From Burkholderiales bacterium (GTDB lineage Bacteria > Pseudomonadota > Gammaproteobacteria > Burkholderiales > Usitatibacteraceae): a stretch of DNA of 60,282 nucleotides. Under the pieces are notes generated by a model, which saw only the letters and a list, made by a program, of their open reading frames with translations, did no database searches and had not been told where the DNA came from. The stretch lies in NCBI GenBank assembly GCA_031375445.1, contig JANMHV010000458.1, positions 1 to 60,282 of the forward strand, written 5' to 3'. The translations under genes were made by a program, and so were the position numbers. How positions within the stretch are numbered: the stretch's first letter is position 1; every line of letters starts with the position of its first letter. This document shows positions 19,792-31,613 of the stretch, piece by piece.

Positions 19792-20448
19792 CTAGCGTTT
19801 GGGCGGCGCGTCTTCCATCACGTCGGCGCCCTTGGGCGGCGTGAAGGTGAAGGTCTCGGGCGCAACGGTGGCATTGGCCTTGAGGTCGGTGAAGCGCAGC
19901 ACCGTGCGCCCGCCCAGCTGGTCGTGCAGCTCCATGGCGGCGAGCGTGCGGTTGGCGAGGCCCAGGCGCACGCGCTCGAAGCCGGTGTCCTTCGCCTTCG
20001 GCGTTGCCTCCACCCACTCGAGGCCGTCGGCGCTCCCGGCATCTCGCAGGGTGAAAAGTCGCGTGATGTCGTCCCGGCCCGCCAGCAGCGCGGCCGGAGT
20101 CGATGAGATCGCGGCATCCATGCGCTTGATGGTCACCTGGTTCAGGTCCGGGTCGTGGATCCAGAGCTTCTGGCCGTCGCCCACCAGCACCTGTTTCGGC
20201 TTGTCGTAGGTCCACCGGAACTTGCCGGGGCGCGCGAAGGCGAACTGGCCCGAGCCGCGCTCCACGACTTTTCCAGACCGGTCGAGCACCTGCTGCTCGA
20301 AGCGCGCGGTGGCGGACCTGGTCGCGGTGTTGAAGGCGAGGAAATCGTCGAGGCCGTTGGCGAGGGCGGGCAGCGGCGAAAGGATGAGGGCAAGGGAAAG
20401 GACGACCCTCTCCCCGGCCCTCCCCCAAGGGGGAGGGAGATTGCGCAT
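19792..20448 (-). CDS. lolA: Outer-membrane lipoprotein chaperone LolA
   Basis: RPGKFRW, DG.KLW..DPDLNQVT, TPAALL, FTPPKGADV; ftsK-lolA-rarA-serS order. Confidence 0.93.
   Translation of the reverse strand: MRNLPPPWGRAGERVVLSLALILSPLPALANGLDDFLAFNTATRSATARFEQQVLDRSGKVVERGSGQFAFARPGKFRWTYDKPKQVLVGDGQKLWIHDPDLNQVTIKRMDAAISSTPAALLAGRDDITRLFTLRDAGSADGLEWVEATPKAKDTGFERVRLGLANRTLAAMELHDQLGGRTVLRFTDLKANATVAPETFTFTPPKGADVMEDAPPKR
20405..20439. repeat. Short palindromic repeat inside the 5' end of lolA
   Basis: ACCCTCTCCCCGGCCCTCCCCCAAGGGGGAGGGAG with a 9-bp inverted repeat at 20418-20437; resembles a dispersed proteobacterial CCCTCTCCC..GGGAGAGGG repeat (from recall). Confidence 0.7.
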
Positions 20449-20450
20449 GG

Positions 20451-22727
20451 TTACTTCTCTCTGTTGGGGGCGATGATCTCGCGGTTGCCGTTCGACGCCA
20501 TCGAGGACACCAGGCCCGCCTTCTCCATGTCCTCGATGAGGCGCGCCGCGCGGTTGTAGCCGATGCGCAGGTGCCGTTGCACGAGGGAGATGGAGGCGCG
20601 CTTGTTCTGGAGCACGATCTGCACGGCCTGGTCGTAGAGCGGGTCCGCTTCTCCTGAGACACCGCCCTCGCCGGAGGTTCCCTCGAGCTCGCCCTCACCG
20701 GGCTCGTCGAGGATGCCGTCGATGTACTGCGCTTCGCCCTGCTTCTTCAGCGCCTCGACCACGCGATGCACTTCCGCGTCGGCCACGTAGGCGCCGTGGG
20801 CGCGTACCGGGATACCGCCGCCGGGCTGGAGGTACAGCATGTCGCCCTGGCCCAGCAGGCTCTCGGCGCCCTGCTGGTCGAGGATGGTGCGGGAGTCGAC
20901 CTTGGCCGAAACCTGGAACGCGATCCGGGTGGGGACGTTGGCCTTGATGAGGCCGGTGATCACGTCCACCGACGGGCGTTGCGTCGCGAGGATCAAATGG
21001 ATGCCGCAGGCGCGCGACTTCTGCGCCAGGCGGCAGATCAGCTCCTCGACCTTCTTGCCCGAGACCATCATCAGGTCCGCGAGCTCGTCGATCACCACCA
21101 CCAGCAGCGGCAGGACCTCGAGGTCCTCGGGGCTGTCGGGCGTGAGCGTGAACGGGTGCTTCACCGGCTGCTTCTTCTCGATCCCGTCGCGCACCTTCTG
21201 GTTGAAGCCGGCGAGGTTCCTCACCGACAGGGCACTCATCAGCTTGTAGCGCCGGTCCATCTCGGCCACACACCAGTTGAGCGCGGCTCCCGCCTGGCGC
21301 ATGTCGGTCACCACGGGGGCCAGCAGGTGCGGGATGCCCTCGTAGACCGAGAGCTCGAGCATCTTGGGGTCCACCAGCAGCAGGCGCACCTCGGCGGCGG
21401 TGGCCTTGTAGAGGAGCGAGAGGATCATCGCGTTGATGGCGACCGACTTCCCGGAGCCGGTGGTACCGGCCACCAGCAGGTGCGGCATCCGTGCGAGGTC
21501 CGCCACCATGGGCTTGCCGGTGATGTCCTTGCCGAGGGCGATGGTGATCTTCGAATTCATGTCGGCGTAGGCCTGGGAACCCACGATCTCCGACAGGCGC
21601 ACGATCTCGCGCTTCGGGTTGGGGATCTCGAGGCCCATGCACGAGGTGCCGGGAATGGTCTCGACCACGCGGATCGCCGTGACCGAAAGCGCCCGGGCAA
21701 GGTCGCGCGCGAGGTTCACGATCTGCGCGCCCTTCACGCCCACGGCGGGCTCGATCTCGTAGCGGGTGATCACCGGTCCGGGATAGGCCGCGACCACCTT
21801 CACCTGCACGTTGAAGTCGAGGAGCTTCCTCTCGATCAGCCGCGAGGTGTACTCGAGCGTCTCCGCGGTGGGACGCTCGACGTGCGTATCCGGGGCGTCG
21901 AGCAGGCTCACGGCGGGCAAGGGGGAATCGGGCATGTCGGAGAAGAGCGGCACCTGCTTCTCGCGCACCACGCGCTCGCTCTTCGCGATCGCCACCGGCG
22001 GCATCTCGATCCGGATCGGCTCGTGCTCCTCGAAGATCTTCTTCGCCTCCTCGACTTTCTCCTCCCGCTCCTGGGCCTTGACCTTGCCCTGCTCGCGATC
22101 GCGCCGCGCCTCGATGCGGGCCATCACCGCGCCGAACGTCCACTCGAGCCCGGCGCCCACGACCTCCGCCAGGCGGATCCAGGAAAGCCCGGTGAAGATG
22201 CTGAACGAGGCCGCCACCCCGGCGATCAGCATCAGCGTGCCGCCGGTGAAGCCGAGCGCGCGCTCGACGAACTGCGCCAGCACCAGGCCCAGCACGCCGC
22301 CCGGGGCCTCCGGCAGCGTGGCGGCGAGCGAATGCATGCGCATCGCCTCGAGCGTGCTGCTCGCGGCGACCAGGACGGCAAAGCCCGTAAGCGAGACCGC
22401 GAGCGTGCGGCGATTCAGGATTTCCCACGCGTCCACGCGGCGATAGAGCCGCAGGATGCCGTAGGCGGCGAGCGCCACCCACCACCAGGCGGAGAGGCCG
22501 AACACATAGAGCAGCAGTTCGGCGATCCAGGCCCCGGCCACGCCACCGCGGTTGGCCGGGAGGCCCGAGGGGCCGCTGTGGAACGGGCCCGGGTCGTCGC
22601 GATGGTAGGAGGCCAGCACCAGCGCCAGGTACGCGCCCACGGCCGCCAGGACGATCCAGCCGGCTTCCCGCAGCACTCGCCCGAGTCGGGGATGGGTGCC
22701 GGCGCCTTCGAGGGCCGCGGCGCTCAC
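20451..22727 (-). CDS. ftsK: DNA translocase FtsK
   Basis: N-terminal 4TM domain, [29 protein letters not shown], gamma domain IGYNRAAR; GTG overlaps the crp-like stop. Confidence 0.95.
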   Translation of the reverse strand: MSAAALEGAGTHPRLGRVLREAGWIVLAAVGAYLALVLASYHRDDPGPFHSGPSGLPANRGGVAGAWIAELLLYVFGLSAWWWVALAAYGILRLYRRVDAWEILNRRTLAVSLTGFAVLVAASSTLEAMRMHSLAATLPEAPGGVLGLVLAQFVERALGFTGGTLMLIAGVAASFSIFTGLSWIRLAEVVGAGLEWTFGAVMARIEARRDREQGKVKAQEREEKVEEAKKIFEEHEPIRIEMPPVAIAKSERVVREKQVPLFSDMPDSPLPAVSLLDAPDTHVERPTAETLEYTSRLIERKLLDFNVQVKVVAAYPGPVITRYEIEPAVGVKGAQIVNLARDLARALSVTAIRVVETIPGTSCMGLEIPNPKREIVRLSEIVGSQAYADMNSKITIALGKDITGKPMVADLARMPHLLVAGTTGSGKSVAINAMILSLLYKATAAEVRLLLVDPKMLELSVYEGIPHLLAPVVTDMRQAGAALNWCVAEMDRRYKLMSALSVRNLAGFNQKVRDGIEKKQPVKHPFTLTPDSPEDLEVLPLLVVVIDELADLMMVSGKKVEELICRLAQKSRACGIHLILATQRPSVDVITGLIKANVPTRIAFQVSAKVDSRTILDQQGAESLLGQGDMLYLQPGGGIPVRAHGAYVADAEVHRVVEALKKQGEAQYIDGILDEPGEGELEGTSGEGGVSGEADPLYDQAVQIVLQNKRASISLVQRHLRIGYNRAARLIEDMEKAGLVSSMASNGNREIIAPNREK

Positions 22728-23416
22728 AGCGATGGCGGCAGCTCCCGGTTGATGATGGTGATCGCCTTCGACTCGATCGAGATGAAGCCGCGCTCCGAAA
22801 GGTCCTTCAGGATCCGGTTCACCATCTCGCGCGAGGCGCCCACCATGTTGGCGAGATCCTGCTGCGAGAGCTTCTCGCCCACCATCAGCTTGCCGTCGGT
22901 GTACACCGCGAGCTCGAGCAGCGTGCTCGCCACGCGGCCATAGACGTCCATCAGTGCCAAGGTGCCGATCTTGCGGTCGGCCTCGCGCACGCGCTGGGCC
23001 AGCATCCGCATCACCATGTTGCCGATGCGAGGCGCCTCCTCGACGCATTTCTCGAACGCGGCGTGGGTGAGCACCAGGAACACCGATCCCTCCAGCGTGT
23101 TGACCGAGGCCGAGCGCGGCTGCTTGTCGATCATCGACATCTCGCCGAAGAAGTCGCCCGGGCCCAGGATCTTCAGGATGATCTCGCGGCCTTCCTCGTC
23201 GCCGATGAAGACCTTCACCTTCCCCGACTGGATCATGTAGAGCGAGTCGCCCATCTCACCTTCGGTGAGGACGACAGCGTTCTTGGCGTAGTTCTTCTCG
23301 TTGGCGACGGAGCGCACGACATCGAGCTCGCGGTCGTCCAGCTGGGTGAAGAACGGCACCGCCTTGATGGCCATGGTGCGCTCGCCGATGGCGGCGCGTT
23401 TCGGGGGGGCTTGCAT
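22724..23416 (-). CDS. Crp/Fnr family transcriptional regulator
   Basis: [13 protein letters not shown] cNMP cassette; [21 protein letters not shown]. Confidence 0.93.
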   Translation of the reverse strand: MQAPPKRAAIGERTMAIKAVPFFTQLDDRELDVVRSVANEKNYAKNAVVLTEGEMGDSLYMIQSGKVKVFIGDEEGREIILKILGPGDFFGEMSMIDKQPRSASVNTLEGSVFLVLTHAAFEKCVEEAPRIGNMVMRMLAQRVREADRKIGTLALMDVYGRVASTLLELAVYTDGKLMVGEKLSQQDLANMVGASREMVNRILKDLSERGFISIESKAITIINRELPPSL

Positions 23417-23477
23417 GCCGCTTAAATACCGAAAAATCCGTTAATTGTCAAAAGCTTAGGCCCCCTTGCTCATTTAG

Positions 23478-24508
<1,031 letters not shown>

Positions 24509-24512
<4 letters not shown>

Positions 24513-25066
24513 AGAGGAAGGACCCCGGCGGCACCGCCGGGGCGCGCGAGGAGGCCTTCGCCTTTCGCGACGCGGTGCGTGACGTGACGCCGCTGCCGCC
24601 GCCCAACCGCGTCCCGCCCTACCGCCCGCCGCCCTCGACGCGTCCGATGCAGCGGCTGGCCGACGAGCAGGCGGTGCTCGACGAGCTCTCGCGCCTGGCG
24701 CTCGCCGACTCCGACGACATCGAGATCGAGGACGACTCGCTCTACCTCCGGCCGGGGCTGCCGCGCGACATCCTGAGGAAGCTGCGGCGCAGCCACTGGG
24801 TGATCCAGCAGGACCTGGACCTCCACGGCCTCACCAGCGACGAGGCGGCGCTGGAATGCGCGCGCTTCCTCGCCGAGTGCAAGCGCGCGGGAATGCGCTG
24901 CGTGCGTATCGTCCACGGCAAGGGGCTGCGCTCGAAGGGCCGCGAGCCGGTGCTGAAGCGCCGCATCCGCCGTCTCCTCACGCGCCGCGACGAGGTGCTG
25001 GCCTTCGTCGAGCCGCGCGCGATCCACGGCGGCGCAGGCGCGGTGGTAGTGCTGCTCGACGCATGA
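24509..25066 (+). CDS. Smr domain protein
   Basis: LDLHG, IVHGKGLRS, GGAGAVVVLL. Confidence 0.92.
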
Positions 25067-26712
25067 ACCTGCACTCGGGGCTCATCCGCGCGGCGTTGAT
25101 CGTGCTCGCGACGGTCATGGTCGCCATCGGCCTCGACAACCTCGGGCGACCGCTCGCGAACCCCGACGAGGGCCGCTACTCCGAGATCTCGCGCGAGATG
25201 GCGGCGTCCGGCGACTGGATCACGCCGCGGCTCAACGGCATCAAGTACTTCGAGAAGCCGCCGCTGCAGTACTGGGCGAGTGCCGCCGCGCTCGAGGCCT
25301 TCGGCGACAACGAGATCGCGGCACGCCTCTACGTGGCGTTCGCGGGCCTCGCGACCCTCGCGATCACCGCACTCACCGCGGCGCGCCTGGCCTCGCCCGC
25401 CATCGGGGTCGCGACGGCGCTCGCCCTCGTGTCGAGTCCGTACTTCATGGCGCTCGGGGGGATCGTCACGCTCGACATGGGCCTGACGCTATGGACCACG
25501 GCCACGATGTGCGCGTTCCTCCTCGCGCACGCTCCCGGCACCGACGACGGCGCGCGCCGGCGCTGGATGCTCGCGGCCTGGGCGGCGATGGCGCTGGCCG
25601 TGCTCTCCAAGGGGCTGGTGGGCCTCGTGATCCCGGCGGCGGCGCTCGGCCTGCACTGCCTCGTGCGGCGCGACTTCACCGCCCTGGGGCGCATGGAGTG
25701 GGGCTACGGCCTCACGCTCTTCTTCGCCATCGCCGCACCCTGGTTCATCGCGGTCTCCTACGCCAACCCCGAGTTCCCCGAGTTCTTCTTCATCCACGAG
25801 CATTTCACGCGCTTCACCAGCACCGAGCACCGGCGCACCGAGCCCGCGTGGTACTTCGTGCCGATCCTGCTCGCCGGCATCCTCCCGTGGATGGTGGCGC
25901 TCCCGGCCGCGGTCTCGCACGCCTGGCGCGTCGACGGCCTGGGACGCGGCTTCCCGGCGCTGCGTTTCGCGATCCTGTGGGTGGTCTTCGTGGTCGCCTT
26001 CTTCAGCGCCTCGGGCTCCAAGCTCCCCACCTACATCCTGCCGGCTTTCCCGGCGCTGGGACTGGTGCTGGGCCGCTACCTCGCCGAGGCGCCGCCGCGC
26101 CGTCTCGCGGCCTGCCTGGCGCCGCTGCCCTTCATCGCCGCGGCGCTGGGCTGGCTCGCCTGGCGGGCGCCAGGCAACGCGCGCGAGGCGTGGACCCGAG
26201 CGCTCTACGAAGATGCCATGGGCTGGGCCCTGGGGGGCGCAGGGGCGCTCTTCGCCACCGGCATCGTGGGCGTGGTGCTGCTCGCCCGCGGGCGGCGCTG
26301 GCTGGGCCTGTGCGCCGTGGCGCTCGGCGTCACCATCGCGATCGACTGCCTCGAGCATGCCTACGAGCGCTTCGCCCCGCGGCAGTCGGGCGCGATCGTG
26401 GCCGCGGCGATGCGCCCGCTCCTCACGCCCGACACCCGCCTCTACGCGGTCGAGATCTACGACCAGACGCTGCCGTTCTACCTCGGGCGAACCCTGCGGC
26501 TCGTGCGCTACGTGGACGAGTTCGAGACCGGGCTGAAGAGCGAGCCCGCGCGGGCCATCGAATCCCTCGAAGCGTTCGCCGAGGAGTGGGGCCGCCCGGG
26601 GGATGCGATGGCTATAATGCAGCCCGGCCTACTGGAAAACCTCCGGGCGCGGGGCCTCGCGATGCAGGTGCTGCACCAGGACCCCCGCCGCATCCTCGTC
26701 CGCAAGCCTTGA
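25063..26712 (+). CDS. arnT: Ara4N transferase (GT-C, PMT/ArnT family)
   Basis: PDEGRYSEISREM, YFEKPPL, SKG, SKLPTY; many TM segments. Confidence 0.88.
   Translation: MNLHSGLIRAALIVLATVMVAIGLDNLGRPLANPDEGRYSEISREMAASGDWITPRLNGIKYFEKPPLQYWASAAALEAFGDNEIAARLYVAFAGLATLAITALTAARLASPAIGVATALALVSSPYFMALGGIVTLDMGLTLWTTATMCAFLLAHAPGTDDGARRRWMLAAWAAMALAVLSKGLVGLVIPAAALGLHCLVRRDFTALGRMEWGYGLTLFFAIAAPWFIAVSYANPEFPEFFFIHEHFTRFTSTEHRRTEPAWYFVPILLAGILPWMVALPAAVSHAWRVDGLGRGFPALRFAILWVVFVVAFFSASGSKLPTYILPAFPALGLVLGRYLAEAPPRRLAACLAPLPFIAAALGWLAWRAPGNAREAWTRALYEDAMGWALGGAGALFATGIVGVVLLARGRRWLGLCAVALGVTIAIDCLEHAYERFAPRQSGAIVAAAMRPLLTPDTRLYAVEIYDQTLPFYLGRTLRLVRYVDEFETGLKSEPARAIESLEAFAEEWGRPGDAMAIMQPGLLENLRARGLAMQVLHQDPRRILVRKP
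26613..26618 (+). promoter_or_regulatory. Candidate internal sigma70 -10 element in the 3' end of arnT
   Basis: Exact TATAAT formed by GCT ATA ATG codons, atypical for this GC-rich window, about 90 nt before the next gene. Confidence 0.45.
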
Positions 26713-27080
26713 CTCCCCTCACCTTCTCCCTCCTCATGCTGGGCGTGCTGTTGAACGCCGTGGCCCAATTGCTGCTGAAGGCAGGCACGCTCCGCGTGGG
26801 CGAGTTCGCCTTCTCGATGGAGAACCTCCTGCCCGTGGGCACGCGGCTCGCCACCAGTCCCCACATCGTGGGCGGCCTCGCCTGCTACGTGGTGAGCGTG
26901 GTGGTGTGGATCCTGGCGCTCTCGCGCGTGCCGGTGAGTGTCGCCTACCCGATGCTCTCGGTGGGCTACGTGGTCAACGCGCTGGCCGCCTGGTACCTGT
27001 TCGGCGAGTCGATCACGATCCAGAAGCTGGTGGGCATCGCGTTCATCATCGTGGGCGTGTTCCTGGTGGCGCGCTCGTAG
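26709..27080 (+). CDS. SMR/EamA-type Ara4N-phosphoundecaprenol flippase subunit (ArnE/ArnF-like)
   Basis: TTG start; AQLLLKAG, LSRVPVSVAYP; 4 TM segments; within the arn cluster. Confidence 0.85.
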   Translation: MTPLTFSLLMLGVLLNAVAQLLLKAGTLRVGEFAFSMENLLPVGTRLATSPHIVGGLACYVVSVVVWILALSRVPVSVAYPMLSVGYVVNALAAWYLFGESITIQKLVGIAFIIVGVFLVARS

Positions 27081-27085
27081 CCGCC

Positions 27086-28216
27086 ATGGCGAGCGCCTTC
27101 CTTCCCTTCGCGCGGCCGGTGATCGACGAGGCGATGATCGCGGCCGTCGCCGATACGTTGCGCAGCCACTGGGTCGCGAGCGGCCCCCAGGTGGCCTCCT
27201 TCGAGCGCGCGCTTTCCGATTACGTGGGTGGCCGCCCGGTGCGCGTGATGACTTCGGCCACAGGCGCCATGCAGGCGGCCCTCGAGATGCTGCGGGTGGG
27301 GCCAGGCGACGAGGTGATCACCCCGGCCCAGAGCTTCTTCGCCACCGCCAACGTGATCGAGCGCACCGGCGCCACGACGGTTTTCGTCGACGTGGACCTC
27401 GCGACCCGCAACGTGGACCTCGAGGCCGCCGGCAGCGCCGTCACTGCGCGCACCCGGGTGCTGCTGCCCACGCACTACAATGCGCCGCTCGATCCCGTCG
27501 CACTCGCGGCGTTTCGCACCCGCCACGGGGTGAGGATCGTCGAGGACGCGGCCCTCGCCATCGGATCGCGGGTGCTCGGCAAGCCCGTCGGCGCCACGGG
27601 CGACCTGGTGTCGTTCAGCTTCCATCCCAACAAGAACATGACCACCATCGAGGGTGGCGCCCTGGTGGTGAACGACGACAGCGAGGCGGCCGCGATCGAG
27701 CGGCTGCGCTTCCACGGCATCTCGCGCAACGCCGACGGCACCCGCGACGTGGAGTCCCCGGGCGCCAAGCTGAACCTCTCCGACGTTTCCGCCCGCCTGG
27801 GTGTAGCGCAACTGGCGCAGCTCGACGGCTGGTGCGCCGCGCGCACACGGCTCGCGGAGCGCTACTTCCAGTGCCTCGAGGGCGACGATCTGCTCACGCC
27901 GGAGCGCCTGCCGCCCCGGAAGAATCCCGGCCACAGCTGGAACATGTTCACCGTGCTGCTGCCGCTGGATGCGATGCGCACCGCCCGCAAGGGCTTCATC
28001 GACGCGATGCACGCCGCGGGCTTTGGCATCGGCGTCTCCTACGAGGCGATCCACCTCGCCACCCACTTCCGGCGCCAGGGCTGGCGCGAGGGGCAGTTCC
28101 CGGTCTCGGAGCGCATCGCTCGCGAGACCGTATCGCTGCCGCTGCATGCCGGCATGTCCGATTCCGACGTCGAACGCGTCTGCGCGGCCCTGTCCCGCGT
28201 GCTGCGCGCCGCCTGA
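27086..28216 (+). CDS. arnB: DegT/DnrJ aminotransferase (UDP-Ara4O aminotransferase)
   Basis: FLPFARP, VEDAA, SFHPNKNMTTIEGG (PLP lysine), SLPLH. Confidence 0.88.
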   Translation: MASAFLPFARPVIDEAMIAAVADTLRSHWVASGPQVASFERALSDYVGGRPVRVMTSATGAMQAALEMLRVGPGDEVITPAQSFFATANVIERTGATTVFVDVDLATRNVDLEAAGSAVTARTRVLLPTHYNAPLDPVALAAFRTRHGVRIVEDAALAIGSRVLGKPVGATGDLVSFSFHPNKNMTTIEGGALVVNDDSEAAAIERLRFHGISRNADGTRDVESPGAKLNLSDVSARLGVAQLAQLDGWCAARTRLAERYFQCLEGDDLLTPERLPPRKNPGHSWNMFTVLLPLDAMRTARKGFIDAMHAAGFGIGVSYEAIHLATHFRRQGWREGQFPVSERIARETVSLPLHAGMSDSDVERVCAALSRVLRAA

Positions 28217-28222
28217 CCCCCG

Positions 28223-29167
28223 ATGGCCGACCCGCGCCTGTCCGTCGTCATCCCGGTCTACAACGAGGAGGAAGTGCTGCCGGCGCTCTTCGCGCGGCTC
28301 TACCCCGCCCTCGACAAGATCGATACGACCTACGAGATCGTGTTCGTGAACGACGGCAGCCGCGACAGGAGCGGGGCGCTCCTGCGCGAGCAGTTCCAGC
28401 AGCGCCCGGACGTGACGCGGGTGATCTACTTCAACGGCAACTTCGGCCAGCACATGGCGATCATGGCGGGCTTCGAGCATTGCCGCGGCGCGCGCGTGGT
28501 GACGCTCGACGCCGACCTGCAGAACCCGCCCGAGGAGGTCGCCAACCTGCTGGCGAAGATGGACGAGGGCCACGACTACGTGGGCTCGATCCGGAGGAAT
28601 CGCCAGGATGCGGCGTGGCGGCGCTGGGCCTCGCGCGCGATGAACCGCTTCCGCGAGCGCATCACGCGCATCCGCATGACCGACCAGGGATGCATGCTGC
28701 GGGCCTACGACCGCGCCATCGTGGACGCGATCCGCGCCTCGCAGGAGGTGAGCACCTTCATCCCGGCGCTCGCCTATTCCTTCTCGCACAACCCCACCGA
28801 GATCGAGGTCGCCCACGAGGAGCGCCACGCCGGCGACTCGAAGTATTCCCTCTACCAGCTGGTGCGGCTCAACTTCGACCTGGTGACCGGCTTCTCGGTG
28901 CTGCCGCTGCAGGTGTTCTCGCTCTTCGGCATCTTCGTGTCGCTCGTGTCCCTCGGCGTCTACGTCTTCGTGATCGCCCAGCGCCTGATCCTCGGCACCT
29001 TCGATTCCCTGTGGGTGATCTGGGACCGCGACATCCTCCAGTTCTTCCTGACCGGCGTGGTCCTCTTCGGCCTCGGCCTCATCGGCGAGTACGTGGGCCG
29101 CATCTACCAGCAGGTGCGCGAGCGCCCGCGCTTCCTGATCCAGGCGATCCTGGAGCAGCGCGACTGA
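28223..29167 (+). CDS. arnC: Undecaprenyl-phosphate Ara4FN transferase (GT2)
   Basis: VVIPVYNEE, NDGS.D, NFGQH.A, DADLQNPP, two C-terminal TM segments. Confidence 0.9.
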   Translation: MADPRLSVVIPVYNEEEVLPALFARLYPALDKIDTTYEIVFVNDGSRDRSGALLREQFQQRPDVTRVIYFNGNFGQHMAIMAGFEHCRGARVVTLDADLQNPPEEVANLLAKMDEGHDYVGSIRRNRQDAAWRRWASRAMNRFRERITRIRMTDQGCMLRAYDRAIVDAIRASQEVSTFIPALAYSFSHNPTEIEVAHEERHAGDSKYSLYQLVRLNFDLVTGFSVLPLQVFSLFGIFVSLVSLGVYVFVIAQRLILGTFDSLWVIWDRDILQFFLTGVVLFGLGLIGEYVGRIYQQVRERPRFLIQAILEQRD

Positions 29168-30018
29168 TGCAAGCCTCGGCCATCGTGTTCGCCTACCACG
29201 ACGTAGGCGTGCGCTGCCTCTCGGTGCTCCTCGCCCACGGTGTGCGGGTGCCGCTGGTGGTGACCCACCGCGACGATCCCGGGGAAAACGTCTGGTTCGC
29301 GAGCGTCGACCGGCTCGCCCGCGAGCAGGGCCTCGAGGTGGCCTACGACGATGCCGACATCCCGGGGCGCGCCCGCGAGCTCGCGCCCGACTTCCTGTTT
29401 TCCTTCTACTACCGCCACATGCTGCCGGAGGTGGTGCTGGCGACCCCGAAGCGCGGCGCCTACAACATGCACGGATCGCTCCTGCCGCGCTTCCGCGGCC
29501 GGGCCCCGGTCAACTGGGCGATCGTGCGTGGCGCGCGCGAAACCGGCGCCACCGTCCACGAGAGGTTGGCCAAGCCCGTCGCCGGCGCCATCATCGCCCA
29601 GCAGGCGGTGCCGATCCTGCCCGACGACACCGCGATCGAGGTGTTCCGCAAGGTCACCGTCGCCGCCGAGATCGTGATGGACCGCTCGCTTCCGCGGTTG
29701 ATCGACGGCAGCGCCCCGCGCATTCCCCAGGACCTCGCCCGCGGCGAGTACTGCGGCGGCCGCAAACCCGCCGACGGCCGCATCGACTGGTCGCGCCCCG
29801 CGCGCGAGATCCACGACCTGGTGCGCGCCGTGGCGCCGCCCTATCCCGGGGCGTTCTGCGACGTGGACGGGCGACGGCTGCAGGTGAATCGAACGCGCAT
29901 CATGATGGGACCGGGGGCCGGATCCGGCCCCAGCGGCGTCGAACAAACCCAGGGCGGGCTCGTCGCGCATTGCGGCGACGGCGGCCGGCTGGCAATCCTC
30001 GAATGGGAATGGACATGA
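29167..30018 (+). CDS. Stand-alone ArnA-type formyltransferase
   Basis: [44 protein letters not shown]. Confidence 0.88.
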   Translation: MQASAIVFAYHDVGVRCLSVLLAHGVRVPLVVTHRDDPGENVWFASVDRLAREQGLEVAYDDADIPGRARELAPDFLFSFYYRHMLPEVVLATPKRGAYNMHGSLLPRFRGRAPVNWAIVRGARETGATVHERLAKPVAGAIIAQQAVPILPDDTAIEVFRKVTVAAEIVMDRSLPRLIDGSAPRIPQDLARGEYCGGRKPADGRIDWSRPAREIHDLVRAVAPPYPGAFCDVDGRRLQVNRTRIMMGPGAGSGPSGVEQTQGGLVAHCGDGGRLAILEWEWT

Positions 30019-31061
30019 AAAAGAAGATCTGCATCCTCGGCGTCAACGGCTTCATCGGCCACCACCTCTCCCAGCGCATCCTCGCCGACAGCGACTGGGA
30101 AGTGTTCGGCATGGACATGGGCTCCGACCGCCTCGCCGACCTGATGCAGGACAAGCGCTTCCACTTCTTCGAGGGCGACATCACCATCAACCGCGAGTGG
30201 ATCGAGTACCACGTGCGCAAGTGCGACGTGATCCTCCCGCTGGTGGCCATCGCCACGCCGGCCACCTACGTGCGCGAGCCGCTCAAGGTGTTCGAGCTCG
30301 ACTTCGAGGCCAACCTGCCGATCGTGAGGAGCTGCGTGAAGTACGGCAAGCGGGTGCTATTCCCCTCCACCTCCGAGGTCTACGGCATGTGCGAGGACGG
30401 CGCGTTCGACCCTTACTCCTCGAACCTGGTGCTGGGGCCGATCGACAAGCAGCGCTGGATCTACTCTTGCTCGAAGCAGCTGATGGACCGCGTGATCTAC
30501 GCCTACGGCTCCATGGGGCAGCTCGACTTCACGCTGTTCCGCCCGTTCAACTGGATCGGCGCGGGACTCGACTCGATCCACACCGCGAAGGAAGGCAGCT
30601 CGCGCGTGATCACCCAGTTCCTGGGGCACATCGTGCGCGGCGAGCCGATCAAGCTGGTCGATGGCGGGGCGCAGAAGCGCGCCTTCACCTACATCGACGA
30701 CGGCATCGCGGCGCTGATGAAGATCATCGAGAACCCGGGAGGTGTGGCCTCCGGGCAGATCTACAATGTGGGCAACCCCGCCAACAACTTCTCGGTGCGG
30801 GAGCTGGCGCAGATGATGCTGGAGCTCGCGAAAAGCTACCCCGAGTACCGCGACAACGCAGCGAAGGTGGAGCTGGTCGAGGTGACTTCCGGCGACTACT
30901 ACGGCCGCGGCTACCAGGACGTCCAGAACCGCGTGCCCGCTATCGAGAACACAAAGAAGGACCTGGGCTGGGCGCCGAAGGTCGACATGCCCACGGCGCT
31001 CGCCAAGATCTTCGACGCCTATCGCGGGCAGCTCGACGACGCGCGCGCGCTCGCCGGCTGA
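30015..31061 (+). CDS. Stand-alone ArnA-type UDP-glucuronate oxidase/decarboxylase
   Basis: [41 protein letters not shown]. Confidence 0.92.
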   Translation: MKKKICILGVNGFIGHHLSQRILADSDWEVFGMDMGSDRLADLMQDKRFHFFEGDITINREWIEYHVRKCDVILPLVAIATPATYVREPLKVFELDFEANLPIVRSCVKYGKRVLFPSTSEVYGMCEDGAFDPYSSNLVLGPIDKQRWIYSCSKQLMDRVIYAYGSMGQLDFTLFRPFNWIGAGLDSIHTAKEGSSRVITQFLGHIVRGEPIKLVDGGAQKRAFTYIDDGIAALMKIIENPGGVASGQIYNVGNPANNFSVRELAQMMLELAKSYPEYRDNAAKVELVEVTSGDYYGRGYQDVQNRVPAIENTKKDLGWAPKVDMPTALAKIFDAYRGQLDDARALAG

Positions 31062-31078
31062 ACGCACGAGGAAACGCA

Positions 31079-31576
31079 ATGGAAGAAAAACCGCTGGTCG
31101 GCGTGGTGATGGGCTCCCAGAGCGACTGGGACGTGATGCAGCACGCAGTGCGCGTGCTGAAGGACTTCGGCGTCGCCTACGAGGCGAAGGTGGTGTCGGC
31201 GCATCGCACGCCCGACACCATGTTCGAGTACGCGGGGGAAGCGCGCGGCCGCGGCCTCCAGGTGATCATCGCCGGGGCGGGAGGTGCTGCGCACCTGCCC
31301 GGGATGGTCGCCTCCAAGACCACGCTTCCGGTGCTGGGCGTGCCGGTGCCCTCGCGCCACCTCGCGGGACAGGATTCGCTTTACTCCATCGTGCAGATGC
31401 CCAAGGGCATTCCCGTGGCCACCTTCGCCATCGGGGAAGCGGGGGCCGCCAACGCGGCGCTCTTCGCCGTGAGCCTGCTGGCGGCGTCGGACCCGGCGCT
31501 GGTGGTGAAGCTCGCCGAGTACCGCGAGCGCCTGCGCGAGCAGGTCGCCGCGATGCAGCTGCCGGACGTGCTTTGA
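31079..31576 (+). CDS. purE: N5-carboxyaminoimidazole ribonucleotide mutase
   Basis: [32 protein letters not shown]. Confidence 0.97.
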   Translation: MEEKPLVGVVMGSQSDWDVMQHAVRVLKDFGVAYEAKVVSAHRTPDTMFEYAGEARGRGLQVIIAGAGGAAHLPGMVASKTTLPVLGVPVPSRHLAGQDSLYSIVQMPKGIPVATFAIGEAGAANAALFAVSLLAASDPALVVKLAEYRERLREQVAAMQLPDVL

Positions 31577-31613
31577 GGCCGCCTCCCCCGGCAACGCCGG
31601 CCCGCGAGGCCCC

